From NCBI GenBank assembly GCA_047967505.1, contig CM106538.1: a stretch of 64,000 nucleotides of DNA, one strand, 5' to 3'. The first letter of the stretch is position 1; each line of letters opens with the position of its first letter. Both the position numbers and the translations under genes were made by a program. The notes under the pieces were generated by a model. That model did not search any database. It had not been told where the DNA came from and saw nothing but the letters and a program-made list of their open reading frames with translations. This stretch comes from Dipteris shenzhenensis (Eukaryota). Positions 13,301 to 26,700 of this stretch are shown piece by piece.

Positions 13301-15378
13301 AACACTCACACAGCTCGAGGAAAACTACCCAAAAATCCTCACACCTTCAGATTTGCAAGGAGGCTCATCCCCCAATCGTCACTAATGAGTGCAAGGGCTA
13401 TGCGCATTGAGGAGCGTACTGTTTGAGCTCTTCCTTGGGATTCCTTAGCAGCCAGGCCATGCAGGAAGGAGACAGACTTACGACCCCATTCTTGAAGAGG
13501 GAGGCTACCAAGCAGCTCGACACTCAACCATGGGCATTCAGCCCTAGACGGATGAGCCCTTTCAGGTAAGCTTGCTTCATTACCCCTCGGCATTTCTTAC
13601 TCATTTTCACCCTAAGAACTCGACGATTCTCTTCACCGGGAAGTGGCCGTCATCTTTTCTCCACGTAGCTTGAAGAAAACAATATGGGAGCTTGTGTATC
13701 TGCCTCACTGATCGATCGTTTACCTTACATTAGATACAATTTCTCGTCTTGCCTCCTATCTTATCGGATGCTCTCCCCAAAACTATTCTCCGTATCATCT
13801 TGAAGGAGCATCTGGAAACACAATGATTTGTCAGGTTCGATACGTTGCTTTCTCTGAGCTTTAGGAAGAAAAAGTTTTGGCATACTAGCGTGGGCAATAC
13901 TGGACACAGTAGCTCATAGAAAAGAGTCTTCATTGCTTTTTGGAGCACATAGTGTATCACTAGTCGCTTTGTGGCCTCCTGGTTATTTAACAGTTTCTCG
14001 TGATTGCCCTATGTCTTGTGCAATGGCCCCTGGTCATTTGCACGTAGCTCAATGGTAGCATCCCGAATCATGCCCTTTGTGCCTGGAGAAAGATGATGGC
14101 AATATGTTTCCCCCCCCCTCCTAGTTACCATTGACACCCTTCGTCTCCTAACAGAAGAAATATTCATTCACACCGACCAGCCCAGCTACTTCCATTTTTT
14201 CAAGACTTGTTTTGGGCCCTTGGATGCTTCTAGCTTTTGAACTCTATGGTTTCTTAGGACCTAGGAACCTACGAGCTCACTAATGTAACACTTACTATTG
14301 AAAGAAGTACCCTGCTAACAGGTTTGGTCACTGGAATCGTTACGCAACTGTCGTTTGGCTTGAAGTGTATCTACTACATCACACAGTTTGTGACTACCGG
14401 TAGCAGCGACCCTTGGAGACGCTCCAATATCTATAGATGGTCGTAAGGCTTGTCGGACTCTACAAAATTGGTTGGTTGGATGCAATGCTTTTGCAGATCT
14501 CTGGGTATGCAGTAGTTTCATTTATTTACTTGGCTTTCTTTGTGTTTCCTAGCTCTACTACTGAGTGAGCAATCGGTGAGGAAGCCATGCACTGCTACTA
14601 ATATACTTGGCTACAAACACGACGTTTATTTGAGTAGAATGTGAGAAACTACTCTGTAGAGAAGTTGCGTAGAGCAAACGCCTTAGCATCGATGTCACTA
14701 CCGAGCTTTTTCCTCCTCTGGGTCGCATATACTATACTTTATGCATGCAACTAGCCTCCTTCCAGAGACCCTCGAGGTAGATGCACGGAGACTTCTACAA
14801 ACTCTCTCCCCTGTATGTGAATGCAGAGAGATACCTCCTGGGAAAGTTGTAAGTGCTCATTTACCTTGGAATCGACAACCTCTTACTCTTTTTCGATCCA
14901 AAATTGACTTCAATTGAGATCTCCCTTTGACCATGATATACAGATTGATCGGAAAGTCCTTTTGCATATTATCTACTAACACAGGCTCATTTTGGAGACA
15001 CTACTGTTAAGGGAGTATTGTTTTGTTTACTGTACTTTATGGGACTTTTTGCATGCGTACTTATTGGGTGATCCTTCCCGTGCCCTTTCCTTTTCCTTTT
15101 TCTTGTTGGGTGCATTCTTTCATGATATTCATGTACTTAGCCATTTAATAACCTTTGATTGGGATGATGGAAGTTGATATGATCTCAGGTACCCCATGCT
15201 TGAGGGGATCACTAGAAAAAGGTTTGGACCCTTGATGATTTAGTATATTGTTGAACTAATTCTTCGGATACACTTGGACATGTTGTGATCATGGTAGTTT
15301 GCCTTGTATGGAGAGAATCTACAATGGAATGTAATAGCTATTTACTAAGCGAAGAGAATAGTCTTGGGACCTTATGCA

Positions 15379-15703
15379 AATACTGGAAGGCAAGAATCAT
15401 ACACATTGAGGATCTCCATAGGCATTTCCTAGTTGGGCCTACATATGTCTAATAATGGAATTGAAACTGCATCTATGGCTTCGTTGTTTACACTTCACTT
15501 TTGCGAACTAGCTAATTGCAGTAATTTACCGGTTGTAACAGAATACTGGAAGGCAAGAATCATACACATTGAGGATCTCCATAGGCATTTCCTAGTTGGG
15601 CCTACATATGTCTAATAATGGAATTGAAACTGCATCTATGGCTTCGTTGTTTACACTTCACTTTTGCGAACTAGCTAATTGCAGTAATTTACCGGTTGTA
15701 ACA
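15379..15703 (+). repeat. Near-perfect 163-bp tandem duplication
   Basis: aatactggaaggcaagaatc...ccggttgtaacag occurs twice back to back; the identical ORFs at 15433 and 15596 are 163 bp apart. Confidence 0.93.
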
Positions 15704-16778
15704 GCAACAACTTTTAGCTATTTGTTAGAGAGTATAACTTCTACTACAAATGTTCGATTGATACACTTCCAAAATAAAAATTATAGCTTGTCCAAAGATT
15801 ACTTGAGAGCGTAGTAATTTACTGGCTATAACAAAACAGCAACTTTTAGCTGTTTTGTAGAAGGTATAACTTTTGTTATAAATGCCTGATCGATATGCTT
15901 TCAAAAGAAAAATTATAGCTCGTCCATAGATCTGCAGCTTCTCAGTTCAAGTTAGAATGCGATTCTTTATGTATCAGAAGATATGCAGCATGCAATATGG
16001 CTGTCCACAAATGTCTGACACTACTTGAGAATGGAGTCCTTTGTAAAATTGATTACCATTTTCTTATAACATCCTCTATTTTGGGATAGTAAAAAACATG
16101 TTATCTAATTCAGGATGTACTTTAGACATGCTTCATCTTAACCCCCCATATGGATATAGATGTCTTGAGAATTACTTGTATAAGCACTTGATAAAATTTA
16201 TAAATGCCAACTACCTTGAAAATGCTAAGATTTTATTAATGCTAATCTAGATTGAGTGACAAGGATAACAACGGTGTGCCAGCCTTGAAGCCTGGCTTCC
16301 ACATTAAAAATGTATTGTTCTAACTTTCATTTTTGTTGTGATGGTGCCAGATGAGCTGGCACACCTCTCCATTGAATTTGCAAGTAGTCTTGGGCATGGT
16401 ATTGCAGGCAAGGATGTTGGCAACCTTAAAGGATACACTTGGGAGACTTATGATGAGAGATATAGTACTCTTGACCCTATCATGCACACTTAGAGAAATA
16501 TATATGTTAGCAATGAGAACTGAAAATTGAACTACCTTGTAACTTGTTGAATTTAGATACTATGGTATGGTTTTTGCCATTGGGGAAATTGATAAGGAGT
16601 TATTCTCTTGGATTCTTGATTAGAGATATAGCTATAAATTATTCTCTTGGATTCTCGATTAGAAATGTAGCTAGAGTAATTAGATAGAATTCTTCTTACT
16701 TAGTGATTCTCTTTGCTGCACCCTTAAGCATTAACATAAATAGAATTATAGTCATGATTAAACAATGGTTGCCAAGGG

Positions 16779-18614
16779 TGACATACCGATACTTATTAGC
16801 TCCTTCCCCCCCCCCATGCCATTACTTTATTTATACAACCCCCCATTACCTTATCTTTTAAAACCCATTACTTTGTACATCCCCCCCATGCCATTACTTT
16901 ATGTATTTAACCCCCATTATTATATCTTTCAAAACCCTTTACTTTGTACACACCCCCCTCCCATGCTTCCCATTTTTGCCATTCCTTCACTTATACAACC
17001 CCCCTTTACGTTTTTTTGAAAAACCCATTACTTTATACAAACTATACAAACCCAAATCATTCCCCCGCCCCCCCTCTTATTTTATTTATACAACCCCCAT
17101 TACTTTATTATTCCTCCCCTCCCATTACTTTATATTAACCCCCCTTACTTTCTTTTCTTTTTTGCCATTAGTTTAATCTTTCATGCCCCTCCCCCTCCTC
17201 TTTTCTCCTATTAATTTGTTATCCTTTCTTATAAGCATTAATTCTTACTAGTTAATAGCATTTTTTATATTGCTCTCATTTTACTTTTAATAATATACTT
17301 TATGGCATTTTTATTGCTTCCTATTTCTTATCTTCTTCTTTTACACCATCTCTTACACATATACACATGCACGCTTTCTTCTTTGTTGTTTTTTACACAC
17401 ACACATTCACATTAACATACACACACTTGGGACACACTTATCACATCTCCCCTCCCCCCTCTGCTTTCTTATAAGCATTAATTCTTAACTAGTTATTAGT
17501 ATTATTTATAGCCCCTTTATTTTATTTTTATTAATATTATTTATGTCATTCTTATTGGCCTCCTATTTCTTATCTTCTTCTTTTACACACGCACTTACAC
17601 ATAAACACACACACTTTCTTTTTTTTTTGTTCTTAACACACACACACACACACATTAACATACACACACTTATGCGCCACCCCCTCGCCCACCCCCCCTC
17701 CCCCCCGTGCTCTTCTGCCTTCACTTAGATTAGGTACCTTAATGTTATGGCATACTTTATATTATTTATTGACATTATGCTAATTCATATGCATTAGTTG
17801 ATTGGCATTACACTTTTTCTTAAGCTTACATTTTCCTCTCTATGCCTCACATGCACCACTTACAAACTTAAACACACTCTTAGACTTTCCATATATTCTC
17901 CTATATAACCGAAGACCCAACCCAGCCCCTCTCCCTCTTCTGCCTTCATTTAGATTATGTAACTTAATGTTGTGGTGCAGTTTATATTATTTATTGACAT
18001 TATACCAATGCATATGCATTAGTATTTTGGCATTATACTTTTTCTTAAGCTTACGTTTTCCTCTCAATGCCTCACACGCACCACTTACAAACATAAACAC
18101 ACTCTTAAACCTTTCCATATACACTTGTATACAACCTAAGACCCAACCCAAACTACTAAACCCCCCCCTTCCCAACATCTCCCAACGCACTTCCCACTAC
18201 CTTCAAATGAAATCTAATGCTTTCATACCCTTCACAAGTGGTGTTCAAATGTCTTCTTACATGCATTCTTCAGTAGCGGTCGAACGTCCTCTTTGTGGGA
18301 CCAAACTGTATTGTTGTTCTTCTACTAATAAATACATTTTTAAATTCCTATTCTTTTTACTTATATATATATATATATATATATCCATTTATTTACTTGT
18401 CTCTTATGCATATCAATTGGGTGATTTAACTTATATATTGTCCCTTATGTAATTAATATTATCCCCTATGTATATCAATTTCGAGATTAGTTAACTTATG
18501 TTGGTTTGGCTCGAAAATACATGATGTATTAATAATTAATTAATGTATAAATTTTTTCCTCTTTTAAGCTTTACTTTTTCAATCTCCTTCTAATTTCTTC
18601 TTTTTATTATAAAA
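16779..18614 (+). repeat. Right copy of the long inverted repeat, with about 850 extra bp made of internal tandem duplications
   Basis: Begins tgacataccgatacttattagc, the reverse complement of 2513-2534. The segment 17305-18150 is absent from the left copy and contains duplicated units of roughly 230-245 bp. Confidence 0.9.
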
Positions 18615-19639
18615 CCCTTCAAGTCTTCTCATCTCTCCTCTCCCTCTAGTCATGTACCTTACCCTCTTCCTAAAGTCTTCTCATTTCGCCTCTCTCTCTA
18701 GTCATGTACCTTCCCTCTCCATCACGTCTTCTCACCCCTATCTCTCTAGTCGTGTACCTTCCCTCTCCATCACATCTTCTCACCTCTCTTCTCTCTCTAT
18801 TCACATGTCTTCCACTCTAACTCACCTCCCCTCTCTTTCTCTCACTCTTCTTTCTCTCTATGTCCACTTCACTCCCTTCCCTCTTCTCTCACCTAGGGGC
18901 CGCGGCCCCCAAGAGTCCTTTCTCTCTCTTCCTTCTCTCTCTCTCCCCTCCCCTTCCCTCCTTGCTCTCACTCCTCTCCCTCCCTTACTCCTCTCACTCT
19001 CCTCTCATCCCTGGGGGCCGCGGCTGCCAGGGCTTCTATCTCTCTCTCCTCTCCTCCCCTCACTTTCTGTCTCTCCTCCCCTCATTCCTCTCACTTCTCT
19101 CACCTTCTATCTATCTCTCCTCTCCTCCCCTTCTACCCTCCCCTCACTTTCTCTCTCTCTCTCTCTCCTCCCCTCATTCCTCTCACTTCTCACCTACCCT
19201 CCCCTCACTTTCTCTTTCTCTCTCCTCCCCTCATTCCTCTGACTTCTCTCACCTGTGGAGTTCGCGGCCGCCAAGGCTTCTCCTCTATCCTTTCTATCCT
19301 CTCTCTTTCCTCAATTTCTCTCTCTCCTCTCCCTCCCCTCACTCCTCTGTCTCTCTCCTCTCCTATCTCTCTCTCCTCCCCTCCCCTTTCCCTCACTCCC
19401 CTCCCTCCACTCACTTTCTCTCTCTATCCTCTCCTCCCTCCACTCATTCCTCTCACCCCTGGGGGCCGTGGCCGCCAGAGCTCCTCCTTCTCTCTCCTCT
19501 ATCTCCTCACTCCCCTCTCTTCCCTCACTTTCTCTCTCTACTCTCCCTCTCCTCACTCCTCTTTCTCTCTCCCTCCCCTCATTCTCTCTCTTCTCTCCCT
19601 TTCCTCACTCCTCTCACCCTGGGGGCCACGGCTGCCAGG

Positions 19640-19690
<51 letters not shown>

Positions 19691-20780
19691 CCCTCACTCC
19701 TCTCTCTCTCTCTCTCTCTCCCCTCCCTCTCTATGCTGCCCTCTCTCTCTCAGCCCCGCTCAGCCCCTACCGCTGAGCCCCTCTGCCTCAACCACCCCTC
19801 ACCCGCTCCTCTCCGCCTCTCTCCTGCTAGCCTTACTCAGCCCCTCCCTCTAGCCCCCGATAGCCCCTGCCCAACCCCTCCCGCTAGCCCCTATCACTCA
19901 GGCCCTCCCACTAGCCCCTCTGCCTCAGCCACCCCTCACCCGCTCCTCTTCGCCTCTCTGTGCTTTGCCTATGCTCCCCTCCCCTACCATCTCCCCTCCC
20001 TCTCTACACTGCCCTCCCTCTCTTAGCCCTGCTCAGTAGCCCCTCCCACTAGCCCTCGATAGCCCCCCCTCCCCTACCGTCTCCCCTCCCTCTCTACATT
20101 GCCCTCCCTCTCTCAGCCTCGCTCAGCCCCTCCCGCTAGCCCCTGCTCAGCCCCTCCCGTTAGCCCCTATCGCTCAGCGCCTCCCGCTAGCCCCTCCGCC
20201 TCGGCCACCCCTCACCCGCTCCTCTCTGCCTCTCTCCAGCTTACCTCAGCCACCCCTCACCTCCTTCTCACTTTCCGCCTCCGCCATGCCTCAGCCTCAG
20301 CCACCCCTCCACCTTGCCTCGCCTCAGCCTCGCCTCACTCTTCGCCTCGCCTCCCCTCACCTCCTTCTCTGCTTCCTCCCTCTGCCGCCACCTCCCCCTC
20401 CTACCCCAGCAGCTTCCTCCCCTCCATCCCCCCACCTCGTGCTCAAACCTCTCTCTCTCATACCCTTCTCTCTCTCCTCCCTCCCTCCTTTCCTCCCTCT
20501 CTCTCCCCCTCCACCCCTCCATCCCCCCACCTCCCTCTCGAACCTCTCTCTCTCATACCCCCCCTCTCTCTCCTCCCTCCCTCCTTTCCTCCCTCTCTCT
20601 CCCCCCTCCACTTCCCTCTTCCTCCTGGAGGCCGCGATCCCTAAGGCTCCTCTCTTTCTCTCTAAACTTTCTCTCTCTCTCTCTAGTTCCTCTCACCTCT
20701 CTCTCTCATACCCGCCTCTCTCTCTCCTCCCTCCCTTCTTTCCTCCCTCTCTCTCCTCCCTCCAGTTCTTTCTTCCTCCT
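18615..20780 (+). repeat. 2.1-kb CT-rich polypyrimidine low-complexity tract with a recurrent GC-rich motif
   Basis: Mostly C and T on the plus strand; a motif like gggggccgcggc(t/c)gccagg recurs near 18896, 19012, 19257, 19461, 19621 and 20627; (CT)n run at about 19642-19688. Confidence 0.9.
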
Positions 20781-23700
20781 AGAGGCAAAAATGGTAAAAC
20801 GGTATTTAATGCTCAATCAACCATGCAATGCATATCTGATCGGCATAATACTTTACTTGCACCTCAACCTAGGTAATATTGACTTGTTTAAAAAAAGGCA
20901 CACCCATCATATAAGTACTTGGTTGGATAACACACCTAAGGGCGTGTTTTTTTACGGATGTGCATATCACTAGGGGGGAAAGGGTGTATAATGCATGATC
21001 AATCATGCAAAGCATATCCAATGGTCACAATACTTTTCATGCACCTCAACCTAGTTTAACTTGACTTGGGTCACAATTTGTTGCACGCACCTCAACCTAG
21101 TTGAAACGGACTTGCGTGCAAAGTGGAGCCCCCATCTGAGAAGTACTTGTTTGAATAACACACCTAGGACCGTGTTTTTTTATGGTTGTGCATGACACTA
21201 AGGCGAAAACGGTGTTTTATGCTTGATCGACAATGCAAAGCATATCCGATGGGTACAATACTTTGCACACACCTTCAACTAGGTGGAATTCACTTACATG
21301 CAAAGTGGCATGCCCATCCCATAAGTACTTGATCGGATAACATACCTAGTAGCGTGTTTTTTTACGGCACACCTAGGACCGTGTTTTTTTATGGTTGTGC
21401 ATGACACTAAGGCGAAAACGGTGTTTTATGCTTGATCGACAATGCAAAGCATATCTGATCGGTACAATACTTTGCACACACCTTCAACTAGTTGGAATTC
21501 ACTTACATGCAAAGTGGCATGCCCATCCCATAAGTACTTGATCGGATAACATACCTAGTAGCGTGGTTTTTTACGGATGTGCATGACACTAGAGCAAAAA
21601 TGGTATTTAATGCTCGATTGACACTGCAAAAGATATCCGATGGGCACAATACTTTTCCTACGCCTTAACCTAGGTGGTATTGACATGTTTTCAAAGAGGC
21701 ACACCCATCCAATAAGTACTTGGTCAGATAACACACCTAAGGGCGTGCTTTTTTACGGAATGTGCATATCACTAGGGGAAAAATGGTATATAATGCATGA
21801 TCGACCATGCAAAGCATATCCGATGGTCACAATATTTTGCATGCACTTCAACCTAGTTGACACGGACTTGCGTGCAAAGTGGAGCTCCCATCTGAGAAGT
21901 ACTTGTTTGAATAAGACACCTAGGACTGTGTTTTTTTATGGTTGTGCATAACACAAGAGCAAAAACGGTGTTTTATACTTGATCGACAATGTAAAGCATA
22001 TCTGATGGGCACAATACTTTGCACACACCTTCAACTAGGTGGAATTTACTTACATGCAAAGTGGTCCACCCATCCCATAAGTACTTCATCGGATAATATA
22101 CCTAGCAGTGTGTTTTTTTATGGATGTGCATGACACGAGCAAAAATGGTATTTAATGCTTGATCGACAATGCAAAGGATATTCGATGGGCACAATACTTT
22201 TCCTACACCTTAACCTAGGTGATATTGACATGTTCTCAAAGAGGCACGCCCATCCAATAAGTACTTGGTTAGATAACATACCTAAGGGCATGCTTTTTTA
22301 CGGATGTGCATATCACTAGGGGAAAAACGGTGTATAATGTGTGATCGACCATGCAAACCATATTTGATGGTCACAATACTTTGCAAGCATCTCAACCTAG
22401 TTGAAACGGACTTGCATGCAAAGTGGAGCCCCCATCTGAGAAGTACTTGTTTAAATAACACACCTAGGACCGTGTTTTTTATGGTTGTGTATGACATAAA
22501 GGCAAAACCGGTATTTTATGCTTGATCGACAATGCAAAGCATATCCGATGGCATAATACTTTGCACATACATTAAACTAGGTGAAATTGACTCACATGCA
22601 TAGTGAAGCGCCCATCCCATAAGTACTTGATCGGATAACGTACCTAGTAGCGTGTGTTTTTTTACGGATGTGCATGACACTAGAGCAAAAATGGTATTTA
22701 ATCCTCGATCGACAATGAAAAGGATATCCGATGGGCACAATACTTTTCCTACGCCTCAACCTAGGTGGTATTGACATGTTGTGAAAGAGGCACACCCATC
22801 CAATAAGTACTTGGTCAGCTAACACCCCTAAGGGCATGCTTTTTTACGGATGTGCATATCACTAGGGAAAAAACGGTGTATAATGTGTGATCGACCATGC
22901 AAAGCATATCTGATGGTCACAATACTTTGCACGCACCTAAACCTAATTGAAACGGACTTGCGTGCAAAGTGGAGCCTCCATCTAAGAAGTACTTGTTTGA
23001 ATAACACACCTAGGACCATGTTTTTTTATGGTAGTGCATTATACTAAGGCAAAAATGGTGTTTTATGCTTGATCGACAATGCAAAGCATATTCGATGGGC
23101 ATAATACTTTGCACACACCTTAAACTAGGTGAAATTGACTTACATGGAAAGTGGAGCACCCATCCCATAAGTACTTGATCGGATAACATACCTAGCATCG
23201 AGTTTTTTTATGGATGTGCATGACACTAAGGCAAAAATGGTATTTAATGCTCGATCGACCATGCAAAGAATATCTGATGGACACACTACTTTTCCTATGC
23301 CTCAACCTAGGTGGTATTGACATGTTTCAAAGAGACACACCCATCCGATAAGTACTTGGTCAGATAACATATTTAAGGGCGTGTTTTTCTGCGGATGTGC
23401 ATCACTATGGGAAAAATGGTGGATAATGCGTGATCGACCATGCAAAGCATATCCGATGGTCACAATACTTTGCATGCACCTCAGCCTAGTTGAAAGAGAC
23501 TTGCGTGCAAAGTGGATCCCCCATCTAACAAGTACTTATTTGAATAACACACCTAGGAGCGTGTTTTTTTATGGTTGTGCATGACACTAAGGCAAAAACG
23601 GTGTTTTATGCTTGATCAATAATGCAAAGCATATCCGATGGGCACAATACATTGCACACACCTTCAACTAGGTGGAATTGACTTACATGCAAAGTGGCGT

Positions 23701-26700
23701 GCCCATCCCATAAGTACTTGATAGGATAACATATCTAGCAGCGTGTTTTTTTACGGATGTGCATGACATGAGCAAAAATGGTATTTAATGCTCGATCGAC
23801 CATGCAAAGAATATCCGATGGGCACAATACTTTTCCTATGCCTCAACCTAGGTGGCATTGAAATGTTCTCAAAGAGGCACACCCATCGGATAAGTAATTG
23901 GTCAGATAACATACCTAAGGGCATGTTTTTTTGCAAATGTGCATATCACTACGGAAAAAACGGTGGATAATGCGTGATCGACCATGCAAAGCATATCCGA
24001 TGGTCACAATACTTTGACGCACCTCAACCTAGATAAAATGGACTTGGGTGCAAAGTGGATCCCCCATCTAAGAAGTACTTATTTGAATAAGACACCTAGG
24101 ACCATGTTTTTTTATGGTTGTGCATGACACTAAGCCAAAAACGGTGTTTTATGCTTGATCGACAATGCAAAGCATATCCAATGGGCACAATACTTTGCAC
24201 ACACCTTCAACTAGGTGGAATTGACTAATTAGACATATTGCCCTCCATGCTCATAGTTTGGTCTGTGCTTGATTCGTATTCAAACAATGGTCCTAGCACA
24301 GATGATGTACTGTTCAATGAAGATCTTTCCCTAGCGGTTAGACTTGAGCCCAAAACGACCTCTAAGTCAACATTTGAAGCACTATCTTCTGGAACAATTT
24401 CAGGTCCTAAGATACGTCCGGACCTAAGATGCATGTATGTTTCTAAGGTTCAGGTTGGATTTGAGCTATGCTATCAAAGTGTTCAAGTTGTAACAATCAA
24501 AATGTGCAAGTATGGTGGAGAGAATTATTGCAATGCGCTGTAATAATTATTGCAGCGCCCTGAATTATTGGGGCTTCTTACTCACTCAGTCTGGTCAATG
24601 CACTTGTGTTATGGAAATGTTAACCCATGCAAAGTGGCATGCCCATCCCATAAGTACTTGATCGGATAACATTCCTAGCATCGTGTTTTTTTACAGATGT
24701 GCATGACGCTAGAGCAAAAATGGTATTTAATGCTCGATTGACAATGTAAAGGTATCCGATGGGCACAATACTTTTCCTCCACCTCAACCTAGGTAGTATT
24801 GACATGTTATCAAAGAGGCACACCCATCTGATAAGTACTTCGTCAAATAACACACCTAAGGGCGTGCTTTTTTATGAATGTGCATATCACTAGGGGGAAA
24901 ATAGTGTATAATGCGTGATCGACCATGCAAAGCATATCCGATGGTCACAATACTTTGCACGCACCTCAACCTAGTTGAAACAGACTTGCATGCAAAGTGG
25001 AGCCCCCATCTGAGAAGTGCTTGTTTGAATAACACACCTAGGACCGTGTTTTTTTATGGTTGTGCATGACACTAAGGCTAAAACGGTGTTTTATGGTTGA
25101 TCAAAAATGCAAAGCATATCCGATAGGTACGATTTTTTGCACACACCTTAAACTAGGTGGAATTGACTTACATGTAAAGTGGTGCCCATCCCATAAGTAC
25201 TTGATCAGATAACATACCTAGCAGCGTGTTCTTTTATGGATGTGCATGACACCAAGGCAAAAATGGTATTTAATGCTCGATCAACCATGCAAAGCATATC
25301 CGATGAGCACAATACTTTTCCTACGCCTTAACCTAGGTGGTATTGACATGTTTTCAAAGAGGCACACCCATCCGATATGTACTTGGTCAGATAACACACC
25401 TAAGGGCATGTTTTTTTGTGGATGTGCATATCACTACAAGAAAAACGGTGTATAATGCATGATCGACCATGCAAAGCATATCCGATGGTCACAATACTTT
25501 GCACGCACCTCAACCTAGTTAAAACAAACTTGCGTGCAAAGTGGAGCCCCCATCCGATAAGTACTCAAGTGTTTGAATAACACAACTAGGACCGTGTTTT
25601 TTTATGGTTGTGCATTACACTAAAGCAAAAATGGTGTTTTATGCTTGATCGACCATATCCAATGGGCATAACACTTTGCACACACCTTAAACTAGGTGGA
25701 ATTGCTTACATGCAAAGTGGCATGGCCATCCCATAAGTACTTTATCGGATAACATACCTAGCAGCATGTTTTTTTACGGATGTGCATGACACTAAGGTAA
25801 AAATGGTATTTAAAACTCGATCGACCATGCAAAGCATATCCGATGTACACAATACTTTTTCTATGCCTTAACCTACCTAGGTGGTATTGACATGTTTTCA
25901 AAGAGGCACACCCATCCGATAAGTACTTGGTCAGATAACACACCTAAGGGCGTGTTTTTTTACGGATGTGAATATCACTACAAGTAAAACGGTGTATAAT
26001 GCGTGATCGACCATGCAAAGCATATTCTATGGTCACAATACTTTGCACACACCTTAATATAGTTGAAACAGACTTGCGTGTAAAGTGGAGCCCCCATCCG
26101 ATAAGTACTTGTTTGAATAACACACCTAGGACCATGTTTTTTTATGTTGTGCATTACACTAAGGCAAAAATGGTGTTTTATGCTTGATCGACAATGCAAA
26201 GCATATCCGATGGGCATAACACTTTGCACACACCTTAAACTAGGTGTAATTGACTTACATGCAAAGTGGCATTCCCATCCCATAAGTACTTGATCAGATA
26301 ACATACCTAGCAACGTGTTTTTTTACGAATGTGCATGACACTAAGGCAAAAATGGTATTTAATGCTCGATCGACCATGCAAAGCATATCCGATGGGAACA
26401 ATACTTTTTCTATGCCTTAACCTAGATAGTATTGACATGTTTTTAAAGAGGCACACCCATCCAATAAGTACTTGGTCAGATAACACACCTAAGGGCGTGT
26501 TTTTTTGTGGATGTGCATATCACTATAGGAAAAACGGTGTATAATGCGTGATCGACCATGCAAAGCATATCCGATGGTCACAATACTTTGCATGCACCTC
26601 AACCTAGTTGAAACAGACTTGTGTGCAAAGTGGATCCCCCATCCGATGAGTACTGGTTTGAAAAACACACCTAGGACCGTGTTTTTTTATGGTTGTGTAT

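Noticed and set aside
10358-16778. Decayed coding-like sequence between the inverted repeats
   Set aside because: I could not recognise any domain by eye; left unannotated pending a translated search.
18652-20973. Long Leu/Ser/Pro-rich ORFs up to 388 aa
   Set aside because: By-products of the CT-rich tract, which lacks stop codons; open in several frames at once.
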